Shown: positions 37,163 to 47,026 of the stretch, one piece after another
Layout: each line of letters opens with the position of its first letter
Numbering within the stretch: the stretch's first letter is position 1
NCBI GenBank assembly: GCA_963674745.2
Contig: CAXXDV010000001.1
Location: forward strand, 544,001 to 608,000
DNA length: 64,000 bases
Reading direction: 5' to 3'
From: Desulfosudaceae bacterium
Lineage (GTDB): Bacteria > Desulfobacterota > Desulfobacteria > Desulfobacterales > Desulfosudaceae
The notes under the pieces: generated by a model
Databases searched by the model: none
What the model saw: only the letters and a program-made list of their open reading frames with translations
What the model was told of the DNA's origin: nothing
Made by a program: the position numbers and the translations under genes

Positions 37163-37175
37163 TGTGGTAAGCGGC

Positions 37176-38426
37176 CTATTTCTCCCGCCAGATAGCGGCA
37201 CCCAGAGCTGCAAATTTTTCTTCCAAAGATTCATACCCCCGGTCCAGGTGGTATACGCGGTTGATTTCGGTTTTACCGGTAGCCACCAATCCGGCCAGCA
37301 CCAGCGAAGCGCTGGCCCGCAGGTCCGATGCCATGACCGGCGCCCCGGACAGATGGTCCACACCGGTGATCAGGGCCGAATTGCCGGTAACGGCGACGTT
37401 TGCGCCCATACGTCGCAATTCACTGACATGGATAAACCGGTTTTCAAAAATAGTTTCCGTAATAACAGACAGCCCCGTTGCCACCGACATCAACACCATG
37501 AACTGGGCCTGCATGTCCGTGGGAAAACCCGGATAGGGCAGTGTTTTGATGTCCACGCTGGCGATGGTGCCTGTGCCGACGATTCGGATGGTATGATCCG
37601 TAACGGTCAAGTCGGCACCGGTCTGACGGAACTTGTTGATCTGGCCGGCCATGTGATCCGGGCGACAGTGCGTCAACGTCAGGTCACCACCGGTCAGGGC
37701 CGCCGCCGCCATGAAGGTGCCGGTTTCAATACGGTCCGGGATAATGGCTGTTGAAACCGGGGATAAGGCGGGCACCCCGGTAATGGTAATATCCGAGGTA
37801 CCGGCACCTTTGATATCCGCGCCCATCTGGTTAAGGACATCCGCCAGCGCTATTATTTCCGGTTCTCTGGCGGCGTTACGCAGGATGGTGACACCTTCGG
37901 CAAGAGCCGCCGCCATCATCAGGTTTTCCGTGCCGGTCACGGTGGGGATATCGAAGTATATGGTGTTGCCGGTCAGCTGATCGGCCGTCACATCGACATA
38001 ACCGTGCTCCAGGTGGATATCGGCGCCCAGTGCCTCCATTCCTTTTAAATGAAAATTAATGGGGCGGGCGCCGATGGCGCACCCCCCGGGCAGCGATACC
38101 CGCGCTTTTCCCAGCCTGGCTACCAGGGGCCCCAGAACCAGGATCGACGCCCGCATCTTGCGCACAAGTTCATAGGATGCTTCATGGTTATTAATGCCTG
38201 AGCCATCAACGCGGACGGTATGATCTGAAAAATCCGCCGTCGCACCGAGTTGAACCAGCAGGTCGATAAAGCTGTGCACATCCTTCAAGTCGGGCACATT
38301 TTCAAAAACACATTCCCCGTCGGTTAATATCGCCGCCGCCAGGATCGGCAGGGCAGCGTTTTTGGCGCCGCCGATCCGGACCTCACCGGCAAGTCGCCGT
38401 CCGCCTTCGACGATAATTTTATCCAT
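37176..38426 (-). CDS. murA: UDP-N-acetylglucosamine 1-carboxyvinyltransferase
   Basis: [38 protein letters not shown]. Confidence 0.98.
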   Translation of the reverse strand: MDKIIVEGGRRLAGEVRIGGAKNAALPILAAAILTDGECVFENVPDLKDVHSFIDLLVQLGATADFSDHTVRVDGSGINNHEASYELVRKMRASILVLGPLVARLGKARVSLPGGCAIGARPINFHLKGMEALGADIHLEHGYVDVTADQLTGNTIYFDIPTVTGTENLMMAAALAEGVTILRNAAREPEIIALADVLNQMGADIKGAGTSDITITGVPALSPVSTAIIPDRIETGTFMAAAALTGGDLTLTHCRPDHMAGQINKFRQTGADLTVTDHTIRIVGTGTIASVDIKTLPYPGFPTDMQAQFMVLMSVATGLSVITETIFENRFIHVSELRRMGANVAVTGNSALITGVDHLSGAPVMASDLRASASLVLAGLVATGKTEINRVYHLDRGYESLEEKFAALGAAIWREK

Positions 38427-38446
38427 CTACCACCCCGTAATCCCAT

Positions 38447-38482
38447 AAAAAAAGCGCCTTGGCACTAAAGGCAAGGCGCTCT
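38447..38482 (-). terminator. Rho-independent terminator of the qrc operon
   Basis: AGCGCCTTG/CAAGGCGCT stem followed by a T-tract on the minus strand. Confidence 0.75.
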
Positions 38483-38531
38483 TAAACGATTTTAAGAATC
38501 GTGCATCAACCCGGATTATTCTGCACCCGGC

Positions 38532-38702
38532 TTAGTGATGATCACCGTGATGGTCATCATCATCGCTTTTGAAGGTGTCATATAGCGACTTCAATATGCA
38601 GTATCCCATGCCCATGCCCAGAATCGACAGGGCATACCAGAGGCCGCCGTGAAAAACCAGATGCGCCGTATCCCAGTGCCATTCAAAAACAAACGGAAAC
38701 AT
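38532..38702 (-). CDS. 56-aa membrane protein downstream of qrcD (not in ORF track)
   Basis: MFPFVFEWHWDTAHLVFHGGLWYALSILGMGMGYCILKSLYDTFKSDDDDHHGDHH*; AAGGAG RBS; lies before the terminator. Confidence 0.75.
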   Translation of the reverse strand: MFPFVFEWHWDTAHLVFHGGLWYALSILGMGMGYCILKSLYDTFKSDDDDHHGDHH

Positions 38703-38732
38703 GTGTCACTCCTTTATCTTCAAATCCGGTGT

Positions 38733-39974
38733 TTACCGGGTAAATGTGTTCAGTTCTTTTTCCTGCGGAAAAATCGGCAGATAACGATGCGCGACCATAA
38801 TCAACAGGACGCCGTAAGCCACCGGCAGAATGGTCGTGGCCACTTCCTGCCAGCTGGGGATATACAGCACCCAGTTGTCAAAAGGCATGACCGGAACGGC
38901 CATGACCTGCAGCACCATGACCCAGCGATTAATGGATATGCCAACGCAGGCAAGTACGGCCGCAAGCACCAGCCATTTCGAGTTGCTGCGCAATTTTCCG
39001 TTGATCAGAATCAGGGCCGGGACCACACCGCCGACAACGATTTCCGCGATCAGAATCGGATACCCGTAAAAGGCGTTGTTGCTGTAAAACTCACCCAGGG
39101 CAAAACCGCCGGCCGGAGCCGTTACCTGTGCCCAGTAAATGGTATCAATAATTTTGGCGATGATATAGGTCAGGATCATCCACCCGGAAATCTTGGCCAG
39201 GGTATTGATGGCCTTATCGCCGACCAGTTTCTTGCCGGAAATCTTTTCGGTAATTTTGGTAACCAGGATGGTGAAACAAGGCCCGCAGGCGGCAGCCGAC
39301 CAGGTAAACAGGAAAAAGGTGGAGGGCCAGACCAGCAGGCTTTCCCTGAAGCCAAAGGGGCGACCGTAAAGTACACCGGCCACACCGCCCAGAGAGCCCT
39401 GATGGAAAAAGGAAAGGAACGCGCCCGTGGCCGCGAACACCGCCATGATTTCATGCATGTTGTGACTGAGGTGATGAAAAAAGGAAACTTTGTTTAACTG
39501 ACGCTGCTCCAGAATCAACGGCACGAATTCAATGGTCAGCACGGCAAAATAGCAGGACAGGCAGAAAGCCACTTCCGTCAGCATGGAATGGACATTGGCA
39601 TGCCAGAAAATAAACCAGCCCCGGAGAGGCTGGCCGATATCAATGGCCAGGATCAGCAGCGCCGAGCTGTAGCAGATGAAACCGATCACCACCGCGAAAT
39701 TGATGATGTTCTTGAGTTCATCCTTGCCGACCAGATACTTGAGAAGACCGGAAAAGAACGCACCACCGCCCAGGGCGATAACAGCCAGGTCCGCCCAGAT
39801 CCACAACGCGAACCCGTAATAATCGTTCATGTTGGTCTGGTTAAGTCCCTTGATCCAGCACAGGAACATGGCATAAACGCCCCATAACAGTACCGCTCCC
39901 ACGGCCAGCACGGCGAGAATAAACACCGGCAGGGGGCAGCGCTTCACTCCTTCGGGTATCAATGCGGAATCCAT
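38733..39974 (-). CDS. qrcD: Quinone reductase complex membrane subunit (NrfD/PsrC family)
   Basis: WIWADLAVIALGGGAF, DIGQPLR, HQGSLGG; multiple TM helices; operon order. Confidence 0.92.
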   Translation of the reverse strand: MDSALIPEGVKRCPLPVFILAVLAVGAVLLWGVYAMFLCWIKGLNQTNMNDYYGFALWIWADLAVIALGGGAFFSGLLKYLVGKDELKNIINFAVVIGFICYSSALLILAIDIGQPLRGWFIFWHANVHSMLTEVAFCLSCYFAVLTIEFVPLILEQRQLNKVSFFHHLSHNMHEIMAVFAATGAFLSFFHQGSLGGVAGVLYGRPFGFRESLLVWPSTFFLFTWSAAACGPCFTILVTKITEKISGKKLVGDKAINTLAKISGWMILTYIIAKIIDTIYWAQVTAPAGGFALGEFYSNNAFYGYPILIAEIVVGGVVPALILINGKLRSNSKWLVLAAVLACVGISINRWVMVLQVMAVPVMPFDNWVLYIPSWQEVATTILPVAYGVLLIMVAHRYLPIFPQEKELNTFTR

Positions 39975-40016
39975 AAACAAAAGCTCCCAAAAATATGATT
40001 AACTGTTTCTTATAAA

Positions 40017-40820
40017 TTAGTGTTTTCCGGGTTTGCCTTCACCGGCGACATAATTATCGCCCTTCCGGCGTACCCATTCCTTACTGGACTTGTAATAAAC
40101 CTTGGGATTGGTACCGAGTCGCTCCAGCAGCCGGAAGACCTGCGGATTTTTAGGCCTGCCGCCATGATGATGATCCGGCTGGGCGATTTTTGTTACGGCA
40201 TGGTCCTCGTTATTCAAATCCCCGAATATGATAGCGCCTGCCGGACAGGCCTGGGTGCAGGCGGTCTGATACTCTTCTTCTTCAAGCGTGTCCCTGTTTT
40301 CCACATAAGCCCGTTCCATGGCCGACTGATACCGATGGAAACAGAAAGTACATTTTTCCACCACGCCTCGCATGCGGGGTGACACATTGGGACTCAGGGA
40401 TTTTTTCATGCCTTCCGGCCAGACCGGATCCCACCAGTTGAAGTACCGGGCATGGTAGGGACAGGCCGCCATACAGTACCGGCACCCGAAGCACCGGGTC
40501 GGGATCTGGCTGACAATACCGGTGGTGTGATCGTAATCCGTGGCGACGGCCGGGCAGACCGACACACAGGGTGAATGCCCGTGTTCGCCTTCGCATTGCA
40601 TACAGGGCCTGGGCAGATAACAGATTTCCGCATCCGGAAAGGGTTTGCCGTTGGTCAACTTGTAAACACGCATCCAGGTGATGCTGTCGAGTTTATTGGA
40701 CTCGTCCACTTTAAACGGCACATTATTTTCCGACATACAGGCCACCATGCAGGAGCCGCAGCCTGTGCATTTGTCCAGGTCTATGACCATTCCGAATTTT
40801 TTACTGTGGTTCTGATTCAT
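40017..40820 (-). CDS. qrcC: Qrc 4x[4Fe-4S] subunit
   Basis: MVIDLDKCTGCGSCMVAC, PCMQC..PCVSVCP, CFGCRYCMAACP, RGVVEKCTFC. Confidence 0.92.
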   Translation of the reverse strand: MNQNHSKKFGMVIDLDKCTGCGSCMVACMSENNVPFKVDESNKLDSITWMRVYKLTNGKPFPDAEICYLPRPCMQCEGEHGHSPCVSVCPAVATDYDHTTGIVSQIPTRCFGCRYCMAACPYHARYFNWWDPVWPEGMKKSLSPNVSPRMRGVVEKCTFCFHRYQSAMERAYVENRDTLEEEEYQTACTQACPAGAIIFGDLNNEDHAVTKIAQPDHHHGGRPKNPQVFRLLERLGTNPKVYYKSSKEWVRRKGDNYVAGEGKPGKH

Positions 40821-40854
40821 CAAAAACCTCATCTATAGATTACGCTTCGGGGTT

Positions 40855-43053
40855 TTAAGCTTTGGTCAGTTGCGCTTTTATACCCCAAGCCACGTCAAAG
40901 CCGGAGACCGGATCTTCAACCGGCGCGACCAGAGTATTGATATTGACGCCCTTATCAGCCAGATAATCATCAAAGGCGGCATGGCCCAGCCCCCTCGGCA
41001 TGGCGATAACATCATTGGCAATGCCCTCGGTCTGATTGATCTTGACCTGGGCTTTACCAACCGGTGTCTCCAGTATAACCGACTGTCCGTCTTTGACCTT
41101 AAACTTTTTGGCTGTCACTTCGTTTATTTCAATAAAAACATCTGTTTTCTTATTTGCTTTTTTCAGAACGGTGTCTGCTACGGTTTTAATAACAAACGGC
41201 GGGGTCCCGATGCTACCACCGCTGATTCGCATACAGTCATAAGGAATAAGCGTTAATTCAGGCACCTGGGGTTTTGCTTCGGCCAGTTTGACCAGCGCTG
41301 AAAAATCCATTTGACCGGCCGGTGCCATCGCTTCTGCCGCCGTGGCCAGGGTGGATTGCGCCAGATACCCCTTGGATGAAATAGTACCCCAGTTATCGGC
41401 CAGGGTCTCTTTTAAGCAGTCTTTGTAGGTTCCCCAGGGGAAGGCCCCGGCCACGGCACCGCCCAGGGCATTGGCCAACGCGATCAACACATCGCCGGGG
41501 TGCTTGGTGTCAAACACCGGTTTAATTACCGGCCTGGCAAGACCGACCATCGGTTTGGCCAGCCCGGCCGTGGTGGGAAAGTCCTCGTACCGCTCAAGAT
41601 AAGAATGTAACGGCAGAATATAATCGGCCTGGGCCGCTGTATCGTCCATGTAAGCGGAAAGGCTGACAACCAGCGGGATCTTCTCAAAAGCGGTCTTTAC
41701 GTTCTGTGAATCCCGCAACGTGAACACGGGGTTGGCATCACAGACAAACAACGCCTGCACCGGTGACTGGGCTTTGCTGTTGACCTTCTGTATCAAACGG
41801 TGAGGCAAACTGGCGGCATCGCGGTATTCGGCCGTCCCGGCCCCATCCAGGCGGGGGGTGTCCAGGGATTTTTCAGCCACGGCGTCAAGCTCCGGAGCCG
41901 GCCAGTTGATGTAATCCGGCGCCGCGGCCAGACGGATACCGCCGGATCGGTTGATACTGCCCGCCAGCGCGTTCAAAGACAGGACCGCCATGGCATCCAG
42001 GCTGCTGACCGGATCCTGAGCCGAACCGTTGCCGCAGATGGCCACGGGCCTGGACGCTTTGGCAAACGCCCGGGCCAGTTTTTCCAGTTTCGGCACATCA
42101 ACCCCGGTTGCGTTGGCCACATCTTTCGGGCTGTACTTTTCATTCAACAATTTCCGGAAGGCACCGAAAGACGGGCTGTTGGTTTCTATTGCCGCGGCCT
42201 GCATACCGTCGCGGATGATGATATTGGCCAGCCCCAGGGCCAGGACCGCTTCCGTCCCCGGTTTGATCGGCACCCAGGTATCGGCCTTGGCAGCCGTGTT
42301 GGACAGTCTGGCGTCCACTTGAACCAGTTTCGCACCATTGTCTTTCCAGCTGCTGTTGGCCTGAAACATTCTCACAGGAGATCCCCACCCGTCCAGGACA
42401 CCGGCGGAAAAACTTAAAACATAGGTGCTGTTCTCAAAATCATAAGCCGGTATACCGGATTTGCCCAGCATTTTGCCGGCTGCCAGTGCCATGGCATCGT
42501 CAGATGAAGGCAGGGTAACATAATTAGGCGAACCAAAAGCGGTTAAAAACCGCTGTAAAAGCCGACCGGTCGTATTATTGCCGTTACCGGCGATCCCGGC
42601 CACGGTGGCAGCTTTATCATTGTTTCTCAAATCATTCAATTTGCCGGCAATATCCGTAAGGGCCTGGTCCCAGCTGACCGCCTTGAAGGTTCCGTTTTCT
42701 TTTTTTAACGGCTTTTTAATCCGCCAGGGGCCATACAGAAGCTGCAAACCCGCCAGGCCCAGGGTGCAGATGCCGCCGTGATTAACGGGATGGCCTTCCT
42801 GCCCCTCAATTTTAACCGCCCGATTGTCGATTTTGCGGACGGAAATACCACAGCCGCCCGGGCACAGGGTACAAACGGATTCCGCTGTGGAAACCGCCCC
42901 ATCCGGCGGAACAGGGACTTCGTTGGGCATATACCGAAAGCTCTGCGTCCAGATGGATAGATCGTCCGTCAGCTTTAACGGCAGCGGCGTCAAGGCTGTT
43001 CCCACCGCGCCGCCGGCCACCAATGCTAAAAAGCTTCGTCTGTCAATCTTCAT
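40855..43053 (-). CDS. qrcB: Qrc molybdopterin-oxidoreductase-like subunit
   Basis: Tat signal DRRSFL, CTLCPGGC..C, DMSOR-like fold; position between qrcA and qrcC. Confidence 0.9.
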   Translation of the reverse strand: MKIDRRSFLALVAGGAVGTALTPLPLKLTDDLSIWTQSFRYMPNEVPVPPDGAVSTAESVCTLCPGGCGISVRKIDNRAVKIEGQEGHPVNHGGICTLGLAGLQLLYGPWRIKKPLKKENGTFKAVSWDQALTDIAGKLNDLRNNDKAATVAGIAGNGNNTTGRLLQRFLTAFGSPNYVTLPSSDDAMALAAGKMLGKSGIPAYDFENSTYVLSFSAGVLDGWGSPVRMFQANSSWKDNGAKLVQVDARLSNTAAKADTWVPIKPGTEAVLALGLANIIIRDGMQAAAIETNSPSFGAFRKLLNEKYSPKDVANATGVDVPKLEKLARAFAKASRPVAICGNGSAQDPVSSLDAMAVLSLNALAGSINRSGGIRLAAAPDYINWPAPELDAVAEKSLDTPRLDGAGTAEYRDAASLPHRLIQKVNSKAQSPVQALFVCDANPVFTLRDSQNVKTAFEKIPLVVSLSAYMDDTAAQADYILPLHSYLERYEDFPTTAGLAKPMVGLARPVIKPVFDTKHPGDVLIALANALGGAVAGAFPWGTYKDCLKETLADNWGTISSKGYLAQSTLATAAEAMAPAGQMDFSALVKLAEAKPQVPELTLIPYDCMRISGGSIGTPPFVIKTVADTVLKKANKKTDVFIEINEVTAKKFKVKDGQSVILETPVGKAQVKINQTEGIANDVIAMPRGLGHAAFDDYLADKGVNINTLVAPVEDPVSGFDVAWGIKAQLTKA

Positions 43054-43112
43054 AAACTGTTTCCCTTATTTATATAATTACACACCTTGGCGTTGATTGT
43101 TATCAAATCCGT

Positions 43113-43778
43113 CTACTTGTGACACTGGAAACAGGCACCCTTGCTGCCGGTTTCCCGTTTATGACATCGGGCGCAATCATCCATTTTCATGCTGTCCCAG
43201 GAGTGTTTTTTGAAAACGCCGGTCAGGTCTTCGCCCCAGATGTCCCGGCTGTAACCCGTAATCCGGTTTTCCTGATACGTTTTGAGACTGGTGGATGTAC
43301 CGACCGGCCCGTGGCATTCTTCGCAGCTCATACCGGCCTTTTTGACATGGGCGGCATGGGAGAAGAACACACAATCCGGCTGTTTGGAATAAATCAGCCA
43401 GGGAACCTCTTTTTCCTGTTCCACATATTCCTCGACAAACTTCAGTTCTTCTTCGGTGTCGCCAAGGGCGGAATCATGGCAGTCCATACATTGTGCAAGC
43501 GTCGGCACACCGGCAAAAGTCCCGTCCTCACGGAAAAAATGGCAGGATTCGCAACCGTCCGACACTTCGTACATATGAAGGTCATGGTCAAATTGAACCG
43601 GCTGCTCCTGTTCGGAGTAAAGCAGTGCCGGATACACCACCCATCCGATGGCCAGGGAAATCACCAATCCTACCAGAAACGACAGGATAACAGCCAGCAG
43701 GCCCTTGTCCTCGGCTAAATTCATTGCGCCTGTCTCGCCATCAGCAACATGTTTGGATTTGTCATCAGTTGTGTTCAT
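43113..43778 (-). CDS. qrcA: Qrc membrane-anchored multiheme cytochrome c
   Basis: N-terminal TM helix and five CxxCH motifs (CESCH, CMDCH, CEECH, CARCH, CFQCH). Confidence 0.92.
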   Translation of the reverse strand: MNTTDDKSKHVADGETGAMNLAEDKGLLAVILSFLVGLVISLAIGWVVYPALLYSEQEQPVQFDHDLHMYEVSDGCESCHFFREDGTFAGVPTLAQCMDCHDSALGDTEEELKFVEEYVEQEKEVPWLIYSKQPDCVFFSHAAHVKKAGMSCEECHGPVGTSTSLKTYQENRITGYSRDIWGEDLTGVFKKHSWDSMKMDDCARCHKRETGSKGACFQCHK

Positions 43779-43902
43779 GAAAACCCCGTTATTTAATCGT
43801 TATATTAACCTTTTCGATTCATTGTTTTTACTGCTGAATCATCATACAGCATTGACCTTAAATAAAAAAATAGCTTTTTCATAATGTCCATTGTTTGTCA
43901 AG

Positions 43903-44709
43903 TCATTTTGACCGCTTTGATCGAGACGGCAGAGGGGTCAACCAGGGGCTGGATTTGCCCCAGATGACACGCTTGATCCACTCAAACCCGAACTGCAGCA
44001 GGTCCGTTTCGTCTTCTTTAATTTTGGACAGGATATCATCCGGAACCCGGAAACGATTTAAAAAGCTGCTGTTGAATAAAAAATCCTTAAACGCATCCAT
44101 ATTATAGACCGCCATAAAGGCCATTTTACCCCTGGCGCCGGCAGGGCCTTCGCCTCCCCATGGGTTGGTCGTAAAAAGCGCCTTTATTTCAGCCCATTTC
44201 CAGGTCATCCGGACATAATCGTCCGCTTCCTGATCGGCGATCCATTCCTTAACCGTCAAAAGCCGTTTTTCATCCTGCCCCCGACAGAAATCCGGCGGCC
44301 TGAAAAAATAGACCATGCGTCCGTTTTTGCCGGCATCATCATATTGCAGGCCCTGTTCGACCGGGAACATCCGGCAGGAGTATGACCGGTCAGGATAAAC
44401 ACGACACCCGTTTTCGGTCAGAAACGGGCATGTTTTTTCCCGGGTTTCCGACATGGACAGCAGTACCTCCGGGAAATAATTGCCGTCCCGCATGACCACA
44501 TCCACATATTGATCGATAAACGCGGTCGTAGAGATACCCAGATTGTTTTTCAATCGCAGCACATCATACGGATAGAGAAAAAGGTTCAGGTTGCGGCAGC
44601 ACTGATTAAAACAGCTGACACCGGCATGGCAGTCAAAACAAAAAGAATCATCCTCGTTCAGACGGGTACCGGCACCGGCATCCACTTCATCAGGGTTTAT
44701 AATTTTCAT
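43903..44709 (-). CDS. YkgJ family cysteine-cluster protein
   Basis: CHAGVSCFNQCC, CPFL..GCRVYPDR..CRMFP. Confidence 0.85.
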   Translation of the reverse strand: MKIINPDEVDAGAGTRLNEDDSFCFDCHAGVSCFNQCCRNLNLFLYPYDVLRLKNNLGISTTAFIDQYVDVVMRDGNYFPEVLLSMSETREKTCPFLTENGCRVYPDRSYSCRMFPVEQGLQYDDAGKNGRMVYFFRPPDFCRGQDEKRLLTVKEWIADQEADDYVRMTWKWAEIKALFTTNPWGGEGPAGARGKMAFMAVYNMDAFKDFLFNSSFLNRFRVPDDILSKIKEDETDLLQFGFEWIKRVIWGKSSPWLTPLPSRSKRSK

Positions 44710-44711
44710 GA

Positions 44712-45308
44712 TTAAATACCTTTAAAACCGGCGACTATCATCTGAGCGATGGTCATTTTAATTTTTCCTGTCATTCCGGATGATTGCCTGAATTCTTGTT
44801 CCACAGACGACAGCTGCCGGTAAAAGGGCGTCCGGTCGAACGGGATATAGTCCTTATCGTCAAAATGCGTGCTGAAAACCGGGCAGCCGACCCCGTATGA
44901 AACCCTTCCGTCGGGATACCGGAGTTCGTGAGGCACCCCGTGCAGACGACAGATCATCAACCGGTGGGTATGCAGCCCGCACCGGCCATCGACATTCAAA
45001 GGGCACATGTGGCGGGGCGTGCGGCCGGACGCCTCATCCGCCGCCACCAGATCAACCACCTTGCGCGCTTTTTTCACGATCTGCTGCTGCCGTTGGTCAG
45101 AAAGCTGTTCCACCCCGGCAACAAGGTAATAATATTCAAGGTAGGTCAGATTATAAAACCGGGTCAGACAGCAGTTGTCCGGGCACTGATCGCAGGTAAA
45201 GCCGTATTTCTCGGCAACGGCATTATAAGCATCGTCCATTGCGGCATATATCTCCCGCAGCCGCTCAAAATATTCGGGATAATTATCTATCATACCACTT
45301 TGCGCCAT
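44712..45308 (-). CDS. YkgJ-like cysteine-cluster protein
   Basis: CDQCPDNCC, CPLN.DGRC....R.MICRLHG. Confidence 0.75.
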   Translation of the reverse strand: MAQSGMIDNYPEYFERLREIYAAMDDAYNAVAEKYGFTCDQCPDNCCLTRFYNLTYLEYYYLVAGVEQLSDQRQQQIVKKARKVVDLVAADEASGRTPRHMCPLNVDGRCGLHTHRLMICRLHGVPHELRYPDGRVSYGVGCPVFSTHFDDKDYIPFDRTPFYRQLSSVEQEFRQSSGMTGKIKMTIAQMIVAGFKGI

Positions 45309-45603
45309 TCGTTACCTGCCCTTAACCATTATTAAAATTTTTGCTCAATCTTTAAGAAAATTCATACCGGGCCCACATTTTTTCAACTATATACCATGGA
45401 AGACAGCCAATGCTCAATCAATCTTGCGCACCTGTTCCGTTTGTTTTCTTATCCATACGCACTGGATTCAAACGACCTCTCGCACCCGGCCCAAAAGCCC
45501 ATCAACATATGGTGACCACAAAATCATTGATCCACAAGCCCGTCCTTGATATATAAACTATAAAAGCAGGTTCTTATCTATATCTTTGGTAACGGGGTAA
45601 GCT

Positions 45604-46839
45604 ATGGATGATCAAATCATTTCATTTCTTGATGGCCTTAAATCCGACAAACAAATCGCTTCAATGGATGAGGCGGCCATAAAACAGACCATTGTGATGC
45701 GTTTATTGTTTTTGCTGGGATGGGATATTTTCAATGCCGATGAAGTAAACTCGAGTTATAAGGTAAAGAATCAGCCCGTCGACTACACGTTAAGCCTCAA
45801 AAACAGCAACAAGATTTTTATTAACGTAAAAAAAAAGATGGGCAAGACCTTAGACAAAAACCAGCAGAGTTTACTTGAGTCTGCTGCTAAAGAAGGTGTC
45901 GAGTTTAGCGTTTTCACTGACGGTTTGTTGTGGTGGTTTTATTTAACGCTTGACAAAAAGAATCTGGAGCAAAAAAAATTTTGTTCGCTGGATTTCGTAA
46001 AACAGAAAGCGGATAATATCGCCGACCAATTGGGAAGCTTTCTGGCGAAAAGCCCGGTTTCTAAAGGTAAGGCGTTAGAACGTGCTAAAAGCATTCTGGA
46101 AAAAAGACATCAAAAACTTATTGAAGAAACAATACCCGCAGCATGGACAAAAGTACTTTCGGAGCCACCGGATGCACTGGTGAATTTGCTGATTGAAACG
46201 ACGGAAAAAATCTGCGGTTACCCTGCCGAAAAAGATGCGGTAGTTAAATTTCTAACCGAAGATTTAAATCGAGAGCCGGAGCCTCAAAAAGCATCGGAGC
46301 CCGAAAAAGAGCCAGAGTCTGAAAAAGAGCCGGAGTCCCCCAAAGCGGCCAAAGCAGAAAAAGAGCCCGAACCCCCAAAAGCGTCGAAGTCCGAAAAAGA
46401 ACCGGAGCCCGAAAAAGAGCAGGAGCCCGAAAAAGAGCAGGAGTCTAAAAAAGCGACCAAGACAGAAAAAACGCCGGAACCTGAAAAAGAACCGGAGCCC
46501 CCAAAAGCTTCGGCGCAGGAAAAAACCTTATCGGCATTCACGTTTAAAGAAAAGATTTACAATGTTAAAACATGGTCGGATATGATCGTGAAGCTCTGCG
46601 AGATTTTACAATCCGAACATAAAAAAGATATAAAAAGTCTCTTATGGCATTCAGTCGGCGATAGATATTATTTCAGCAAAAACATGAGTGAATTGCGTTT
46701 TCCTGAAGAAATTGGAAGCACCGGAATCTTTCTCCAGACCCATATGACGCCCAATGATGCCGTCAAGCTGGCTTATTCGATTGTATCATTTTTTGGATAT
46801 GCCAAAGACGATTTTGCGGTGTCCTCGGAAAACAAATAG
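45604..46839 (+). CDS. HsdR N-terminal-like domain + PEKE low-complexity linker + SeqA-C-like domain
   Basis: EAAIKQTIV..LL..LGWD, VDY.L, FTDG..WWFY; repeats of EPEKE; C-terminal RYYFSKN..ELRFPEEIGSTGIFLQT. Confidence 0.65.
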   Translation: MDDQIISFLDGLKSDKQIASMDEAAIKQTIVMRLLFLLGWDIFNADEVNSSYKVKNQPVDYTLSLKNSNKIFINVKKKMGKTLDKNQQSLLESAAKEGVEFSVFTDGLLWWFYLTLDKKNLEQKKFCSLDFVKQKADNIADQLGSFLAKSPVSKGKALERAKSILEKRHQKLIEETIPAAWTKVLSEPPDALVNLLIETTEKICGYPAEKDAVVKFLTEDLNREPEPQKASEPEKEPESEKEPESPKAAKAEKEPEPPKASKSEKEPEPEKEQEPEKEQESKKATKTEKTPEPEKEPEPPKASAQEKTLSAFTFKEKIYNVKTWSDMIVKLCEILQSEHKKDIKSLLWHSVGDRYYFSKNMSELRFPEEIGSTGIFLQTHMTPNDAVKLAYSIVSFFGYAKDDFAVSSENK

Positions 46840-46849
46840 ACAGCGGCAA

Positions 46850-47026
46850 TTGGGCTTTTTACGAAGCCATCAGGCAGAATGCACTCGTAAGTCAGAATTG
46901 GGATGGCAAAGTAAAAAGTTCAAGATCAAGGCGCGCAAATCTTGAGGAATGCAGCGTACATCAAGTACTTGAAATTACGAGAGATGCAGCGCAACGAAGA
47001 TCTTGGGCTTTTTACGAAGCCATCAG
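46850..47026. repeat. MITE-like short interspersed element plus a duplicated end
   Basis: TTGGGCTTTTTACGAAGCCATCAG at 46850 and 47003; inverted GATGGCAAAGTAAAAAGTTCAA at 46902. Confidence 0.7.

Noticed and set aside
46270..46510. Tandem repeats as a CRISPR array
   Set aside because: They are coding EPEKE repeats without unique spacers, and no cas genes are present.
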